NCBI GenBank assembly: GCA_016784085.1
Contig: JADHVH010000001.1
Span: 1-35,544, forward strand
Direction of reading: 5' to 3'
DNA from: Candidatus Pacearchaeota archaeon
Lineage (GTDB): Archaea > Nanobdellota > Nanobdellia > Pacearchaeales > GW2011-AR1
DNA length: 35,544 nucleotides
The notes below the pieces were generated by a model. That model was not told where the DNA came from. It searched no databases and saw only the letters and a program-made list of their open reading frames with translations. The position numbers and the translations under genes were made by a program. Shown here in pieces: positions 30,600 through 35,544 of the stretch. How positions within the stretch are numbered: the first letter of the stretch is position 1; every line of letters starts with the position of its first letter.

Positions 30600-33556
30600 T
30601 TTTAAAAAATAAAAAATCAGCAATATTTAATATTATTAGTTTGATTATTAGTGTTTTTGCCTTTTCTTTTATTCTCGGAGGAGGAGTTGGTTTTGTAAGT
30701 GCAGAAGAACCTATTGTTGCTCTTTGTGATGGGGAATCTATGGGGCTTTTATCTTCTACTCTTTTTAATTGTGATCCTAATTGGCAATCAACTGTAGAGG
30801 ATCTTTTTGAAACAACACCTGCAATTCCAGGTTCAGAAACTACCTGTGAAACAATTTATCAATCTTTCATAGAAATCTTTCCAGAATATGAACCAGATAC
30901 CTTAAATGCTCCAGATAATGTGGCTACAAATTGTTTAAATACTGGGGGAGGAAGTTTTTATTTGGAAGTTGCAGATAATTCTGCTTTAAATGCTTGGAAT
31001 GCTTATTTTGCAGATCATCAAGATGAAATTGTTTATCCTACACCTGCAAGTAATAATTGTGATAATCTTTGGAATAATTTTATTAATGCTAATCCTGAAT
31101 GTGTATATGATCCTCTTGCAAATCCTGAAGAGGAAGAGGAAACTCCAGAAGTTCAAAACTGGAGAACACAAGTTTGTGCAGAAGAAGATTCAAGAACATA
31201 TCTTTTTGAAAAGCCAGAAACAAGAGAAGGTCAAGATCGTCAAGGTAATTATGTTATTTATTACTGGGATCGTCTTGTAAATGCTCATGTGGGTTCAGAT
31301 AATCCAGCTATGCCTTGTGAAAAAACATTTGAATTTTTAGATGATAACTGGGAAATTTTAAGCACTGCCAACATAGATCTCGAACTATGTACTATTAATG
31401 ATATATATTGTACTGGAGAGGGATCTATTGATTTAGGAGATTGTATTGTGTGTAGTGATGACGGTGAAGAAAAAGATAATGCTCTAGATGGGCAAAATCA
31501 AGATAATTCTGGATCTGAAGGTGGAGAAGAGGAAGAGGGTGGTTTTATGACTTGGATAAACACTGCTCTTGGAGGAATTGGTTTATTTAATTCAGGGGTA
31601 GGGGATGTAGAGAAAGCTGGAAAAAGCGTGAAAACAGTTAAAAGTTGGTTTGCTGGAGGAGGAACTGCTTCTGGAAAAGCTGCCGAGTCTAAAGTACTTA
31701 ATTTTATATTTAAAACTAAATCTGCAGGATCTGGTCCTTGGCATGGTGCCGCAAGATTTACAGTTCATGTAGGTGTTGCAGTTGTTATTGGCTATACTGT
31801 TACAGCAATATTAAAACAATTTCCAGGAATAGACCCTAGGAATGCAGAAGCAGCAGGATGGGCAGCAGGAATAGGATATTTGAGTGCTCAAACCTTGGCA
31901 GCAGCACTTCCAGGACTTGCAGGAGCAGGACCAGTGGCATTAGTTGCAGTAGGGATATCTGCAGTTATTTATGCTTTCTTACATAAAGACTATGATACAA
32001 ATCTTGTTTCTTTTTCTTGTAATGCTTGGCAACCTCCTTCTGGAGGAGAATATTGTGAAGAATGTAATGATTTTGGAATTTTAGGATGTACAGAATATCA
32101 ATGTAAAAGTTTGGGAAGATCTTGCGTATTAATAAATGAGGGTAACCCCCAATATCAATCTTGTGAGTGGAATAATTCAGATGATATAATCCCCCCTACA
32201 ATTCAAGCTTGGGAAGAAATATTAGATGAGGATTATGAATATCAGGAACTAGGTGCAGAATATCCTGGAGAAAAAGGAGTTAAACTTGTTTACAAACATT
32301 CAGATGATGGTTGTTCTCCAGCTTTCCACCAATTAGAAATAGGTCTTAAGTTAAATAAATTTGGAAGATGTAAAATGGATCCTGTTAGAGAACAAGTTTA
32401 TGAGGATTTGAGATTTGGATTTGGAGGAGGAGCAGTTGACAAATATAATCATTCACAAGTATTTACTTTCCCTGGAACTGCTAATTTAGTTCAAAATGGA
32501 TATCCTGTTTATAATGATGGAGATTATGGGTTTTATGTGAGATGTGAAAGTACAAATGGATATACTTCTGGAACCTTTGTCTTTGATTTTTGTATTGAAA
32601 AAGGTGAGGATCGATCTGCTCCAAGAATTTTTGGATCAAGTCCTGCTAAGGGATCATATATACCATTTAATACTAGTGAAATAGAAGTTGAATTATATTT
32701 AGACGAACCTTCTCAATGTAAATGGGATTGGTCTGAAAAACCCTATAATGAAATGGCTAATGAAATTCCTTTATCTTCATGTGCGAATATTAATGAATCT
32801 GAAATAAATCTTCAAAAAACAACATATCCTTGTGCAACTACCTTAACAGGGATCCAAGATAATGTTGAAAATAATTTTTACTTTAAATGTATGGACCAAC
32901 CTGAATTAATAGGTAATGAAAATAAAAGAAATGTGATGGGGGTAGATTATTTTTATGTTTTAGATCTTCAGGGAACAATGCCATTAGCATTAACAACTGT
33001 AGGGCCTCAAGATAAAACAATTACTGCTTCAAATTCCCCTGTAAAAGTAGAACTAACTGCAACTACAGAACAAGGTGCAGAAAATGGAAAAGCTTATTGT
33101 CAATATAGCCCTACTGGAGCCTGGAATGATTACACTTATTTTGATAATAGTGCATCTCAAACACATTCTACAGATGTACGGTTAACAGCAGGAAATTATA
33201 ACTACTATATCCAATGTCAAGATGCAGGAGGAAACTTTGATACAAAAACTATTAACTTTACAGTGGATGTTGATGAATCTTATTCTATAATTACTAGAGC
33301 ATATAAAGATAATAATTATCTAAAGATTATTACCAACGAAGAAGCTGAATGTAGATTTAGTACAGATCCTCGTCCTGAATCAGCATGTACTTATAGCTTT
33401 GATGATGGGACTTTGATGAATAATATTGGTAAGACTCAGCATTTTACTGCATGGGATTCTGATAAGAATTTCTATATAAAATGTAAAGATTCATATGGTA
33501 ACCTCCCTGATTATGATCAGTGTAGTGTAGTCATAAGGCCCTTTGATCTTGCATAA
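30596..33556 (+). CDS. giant membrane protein (986 aa): N-terminal Cys-containing ectodomain, central Gly/Ala-rich 4-TM block, C-terminal ectodomain with three repeated Cys-framed modules
   Basis: It has a signal/anchor (IFNIISLIISVFAFSFILGGGVGFVSA). The TM block is encoded at about 31520-32000 (FTVHVGVAVVIGYTVTAIL, AAGWAAGIGYLSAQTLAAAL, GPVALVAVGISAVIYAFL). Three C-terminal modules end in FYFKCMD, YYIQCQDAGGN and FYIKCKDSYGN. It has an ATGA overlap with the upstream gene and a GGAGGAGG SD. Confidence 0.6.
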   Translation: MILKNKKSAIFNIISLIISVFAFSFILGGGVGFVSAEEPIVALCDGESMGLLSSTLFNCDPNWQSTVEDLFETTPAIPGSETTCETIYQSFIEIFPEYEPDTLNAPDNVATNCLNTGGGSFYLEVADNSALNAWNAYFADHQDEIVYPTPASNNCDNLWNNFINANPECVYDPLANPEEEEETPEVQNWRTQVCAEEDSRTYLFEKPETREGQDRQGNYVIYYWDRLVNAHVGSDNPAMPCEKTFEFLDDNWEILSTANIDLELCTINDIYCTGEGSIDLGDCIVCSDDGEEKDNALDGQNQDNSGSEGGEEEEGGFMTWINTALGGIGLFNSGVGDVEKAGKSVKTVKSWFAGGGTASGKAAESKVLNFIFKTKSAGSGPWHGAARFTVHVGVAVVIGYTVTAILKQFPGIDPRNAEAAGWAAGIGYLSAQTLAAALPGLAGAGPVALVAVGISAVIYAFLHKDYDTNLVSFSCNAWQPPSGGEYCEECNDFGILGCTEYQCKSLGRSCVLINEGNPQYQSCEWNNSDDIIPPTIQAWEEILDEDYEYQELGAEYPGEKGVKLVYKHSDDGCSPAFHQLEIGLKLNKFGRCKMDPVREQVYEDLRFGFGGGAVDKYNHSQVFTFPGTANLVQNGYPVYNDGDYGFYVRCESTNGYTSGTFVFDFCIEKGEDRSAPRIFGSSPAKGSYIPFNTSEIEVELYLDEPSQCKWDWSEKPYNEMANEIPLSSCANINESEINLQKTTYPCATTLTGIQDNVENNFYFKCMDQPELIGNENKRNVMGVDYFYVLDLQGTMPLALTTVGPQDKTITASNSPVKVELTATTEQGAENGKAYCQYSPTGAWNDYTYFDNSASQTHSTDVRLTAGNYNYYIQCQDAGGNFDTKTINFTVDVDESYSIITRAYKDNNYLKIITNEEAECRFSTDPRPESACTYSFDDGTLMNNIGKTQHFTAWDSDKNFYIKCKDSYGNLPDYDQCSVVIRPFDLA

Positions 33557-33557
33557 A

Positions 33558-33565
33558 TTTATAAG
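33558..33565 (+). promoter_or_regulatory. TATA box (TTTATAAG) 29 nt upstream of the ATG at 33587
   Basis: It is consensus-like, is followed by TTTTCT, and has the same spacing as the boxes at 11006, 18992 and 28091. Confidence 0.55.
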
Positions 33566-33586
33566 TTTAATTTTCTATTTCTCCTT

Positions 33587-34084
33587 ATGAAAAAGAGAGG
33601 TCAGATGAAAATATCATTTGGAATGATTTTTTCAATTATTTTAATTATTATTTTTCTAAGTTTTTCTTTTGCAGCTATTAAAAAATTTGTAAGTATAAGT
33701 AATTCTGCGAAGTTAGCTCAATTTAAAGATGATTTTCAAGAAGATATGGATCGTCTTTGGAGAGGTTCTAGAGGAAATCAAAGTTTAGAATATAATATTC
33801 CTTCAAAAATAACTCATGTTTGTTTTGCAGATTATACTAAAGGCCCGGGAGGCGACGGAGAATTATATTATGATGAAATGGAACGTTATTTTTTCGAATA
33901 TGAAAATATGTTTATATTTCCACCAGAATCTGCAGAAGGTTTAGAAGCTACAACAATAAATCATTTGAATCTAGACGAGACAACTAGAATTACAAATCCT
34001 CTTTGTATTGAAAATAAAAAAGGAACTATTACCCTTAAAATTACTAAAGATTATGGTGAAAGTTTAGTCACAATATCTAGATAA
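33587..34084 (+). CDS. class III signal peptide (type IV pilin-like) protein, 165 aa
   Basis: The N-terminus is MKKRG|QMKISFGMIFSIILIIIFLSFSFAAI, followed by a small soluble domain. Confidence 0.6.
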   Translation: MKKRGQMKISFGMIFSIILIIIFLSFSFAAIKKFVSISNSAKLAQFKDDFQEDMDRLWRGSRGNQSLEYNIPSKITHVCFADYTKGPGGDGELYYDEMERYFFEYENMFIFPPESAEGLEATTINHLNLDETTRITNPLCIENKKGTITLKITKDYGESLVTISR

Positions 34085-34085
34085 A

Positions 34086-35021
34086 ATGCAAAAAAAAGCA
34101 TATTTACAAATGTCCTTTGCCTGGCTCTTTGCAATTATTATTGGAGCTTTTATTTTATTTGCAACAATTTATGCTGTGAATAGGGTTTCAGATACTGGCC
34201 AACAAGTTCAAACAACTGTAACCTCAAAAGAAATTCAAACATTATTAAATCCACTTGAAACAGGATTTGAATCAAGTGCAAGTTCTTCAATCTCTACTTC
34301 TGCAGAAACAAGAATTTACAATGATTGTTTAGAACCTAGTTCAGGAGATATTTTTGGTAGTCAGGAAATTCGAATTGCTCAAAAAAGTATGGATAAATGG
34401 TCAGCTCCTAGTATGGAAAATACTTTTTCAAATAAATATCTTTTTTCAGATAATATTGTTCAGAGTAAAACATTTTATTTATTTTCAAAACCTTTAGAAT
34501 TTCCATTTAAAGTTAGTGACTTGATTTATATAACTCCTTCAACAGAAAAATATTGCTTTGTAGGGAATGTTCCAGAAGAAATAGGGGAAGAGATAACTGA
34601 ATTACAACAACCTAATTTAATCTTGGAAAACTGCACTGAAAATAATATTAAAGTATGTTTTTCAGAAGGTGAGAATTGTAATATTGAAGTGAATTATATA
34701 CATAAAAAAGTGGAGAAAGGTGAAGACACCCTTTATTTTAACACAGATTCTTTAATGTATGCAGCTATTTTCTCTGAAAAAGATATTTATGAATGTCAAT
34801 TAGAAAGATTAATGTCTAGAATAGATAGTCTTGCTAAATTATATAAGGACAAAGAAGGAATGATTTCTTCAACAGGGTGTTTTAGAGAAGTGAGTCCAGA
34901 TCTAACAACTTTAGAAGGAAAGATTCAAACTTATTCTGATTCTAGAAATATTAATTCTTTTAATCTTATAATTGAAAATCTTGAGAGAAGTAATAGGGGG
35001 GCGACTTGTAGACTATGGTAA
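34086..35021 (+). CDS. class III signal peptide (type IV pilin-like) protein, 311 aa
   Basis: The N-terminus is MQKKA|YLQMSFAWLFAIIIGAFILFATIYAV (Ala at -1). The start lies 1 nt after the upstream stop. Confidence 0.55.
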   Translation: MQKKAYLQMSFAWLFAIIIGAFILFATIYAVNRVSDTGQQVQTTVTSKEIQTLLNPLETGFESSASSSISTSAETRIYNDCLEPSSGDIFGSQEIRIAQKSMDKWSAPSMENTFSNKYLFSDNIVQSKTFYLFSKPLEFPFKVSDLIYITPSTEKYCFVGNVPEEIGEEITELQQPNLILENCTENNIKVCFSEGENCNIEVNYIHKKVEKGEDTLYFNTDSLMYAAIFSEKDIYECQLERLMSRIDSLAKLYKDKEGMISSTGCFREVSPDLTTLEGKIQTYSDSRNINSFNLIIENLERSNRGATCRLW

Positions 35022-35539
35022 ACAAGAAAGGACAAATGAAAATACAGCAAATGGCCTTTATGTTAATGGCCTTGATGTTATTTTTTGGATTAGTTAGTGT
35101 CTTTATAATTTCATTTCAAATTGCTAATTTAAAGGGTTCTGCAGCTCAATTAGAAGAAAAAGAGGCCCTATTACTAGTCTCTAAGCTAGCTAATTCTCCT
35201 GAATTTTCTTGTGGAAACTCTTTTGATAAACCAAGAGCTGCATGTGTTGATTTAGATAAGGTTATGGCTTTAAAAAATAAAATAGGGAATTATGAGGATT
35301 TTTGGGGAATTTCAGGTATTGAAATAAGAAGGGTGTTTCCAGAATTAAATTCTGAAGTTGAATGTACTAGGGATGATTACACAGATTGGGAGGCCTGTAA
35401 TTTAATAACTTTATTTTCTTCAGAAGAAGGTACTGCTGTTGAGAATTTTGTTGCTTTATGTAGAAAAGATGGTTCAAATAGCCCTAGTTATAATAAATGT
35501 GAAATAGGTAAATTAATAGTTGTTTATGATACACAATGA
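35015..35539 (+). CDS. class III signal peptide (type IV pilin-like) protein, 174 aa
   Basis: The N-terminus is MVNKKG|QMKIQQMAFMLMALMLFFGLVSVFII. It overlaps the upstream gene by 7 nt. A further ORF (ATGAGAAAA, MRK...) starts at 35536 with an ATGA overlap and runs off the window. Confidence 0.6.
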   Translation: MVNKKGQMKIQQMAFMLMALMLFFGLVSVFIISFQIANLKGSAAQLEEKEALLLVSKLANSPEFSCGNSFDKPRAACVDLDKVMALKNKIGNYEDFWGISGIEIRRVFPELNSEVECTRDDYTDWEACNLITLFSSEEGTAVENFVALCRKDGSNSPSYNKCEIGKLIVVYDTQ

Positions 35540-35544
35540 GAAAA

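Noticed and set aside
30073-31280. Four short ORFs (30073-30267 minus, 30110-30376 minus, 30986-31171 minus, 30990-31280 plus) inside the Cys-rich and giant protein genes
   Set aside because: All are alternative or antisense frames of long, uninterrupted, compositionally coherent ORFs. None has independent start-context or motif support.
1-35544. CRISPR arrays, transposases or integrases, prophage genes, rRNA genes, and diversity-generating retroelements (reverse transcriptase plus template/variable repeat pairs near the surface genes)
   Set aside because: I saw no regularly spaced direct repeats, no recognisable transposase, integrase or RT motifs (for example YxDD) in any long ORF, and no long near-identical repeat pair by eye. 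A proper self-dot-plot would still be needed to exclude short TR/VR pairs.

Overview
This is an AT-rich, very gene-dense archaeal window with almost no intergenic DNA and many ATGA or GTGA start/stop overlaps. The archaeal call rests on eS19/eL39/eL31, PCNA, a PriS-type primase, Cbf5, TrmY, an Hjc-like nuclease, a TrmB regulator and an archaeal-type RNase P RNA. Small proteins, a form III RuBisCO and many orphan surface proteins suggest a reduced-genome DPANN-type lineage; that is inference only. Positions 1-18 kb are housekeeping. They hold an RNase P RNA that the ORF track cannot show (about 802-1115), tRNA-Phe(GAA), CysRS, form III RuBisCO, GrpB and a Nudix-NFACT-R fusion. They also hold a CRM/YhbY protein, eS19-eL39-eL31, a methyltransferase plus a 415-aa orphan, an overlapping TrmB-AlkD-like-Cbf5-TrmY operon, acylphosphatase, RNase HI, class II LysRS, a DUF1931-like protein and an Hjc-like nuclease. 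Positions 18-35.5 kb are the interesting part, a cell-surface island. A ComEA-like secreted DNA-binding protein is followed by five proteins with archaeal class III (type IV pilin-like) signal peptides. These are interleaved with six large secreted or membrane-anchored proteins that are rich in Cys, acidic residues and N-x-S/T sequons and that I cannot assign to a family. Two of the operons look like paralogous cassettes. A divergent primase/PCNA pair sits in the middle. No pilus ATPase, platform protein or prepilin peptidase is in view. I found no CRISPR array, transposase, integrase, rRNA or obvious defence genes. All protein calls come from by-eye motif recognition, not database searches.
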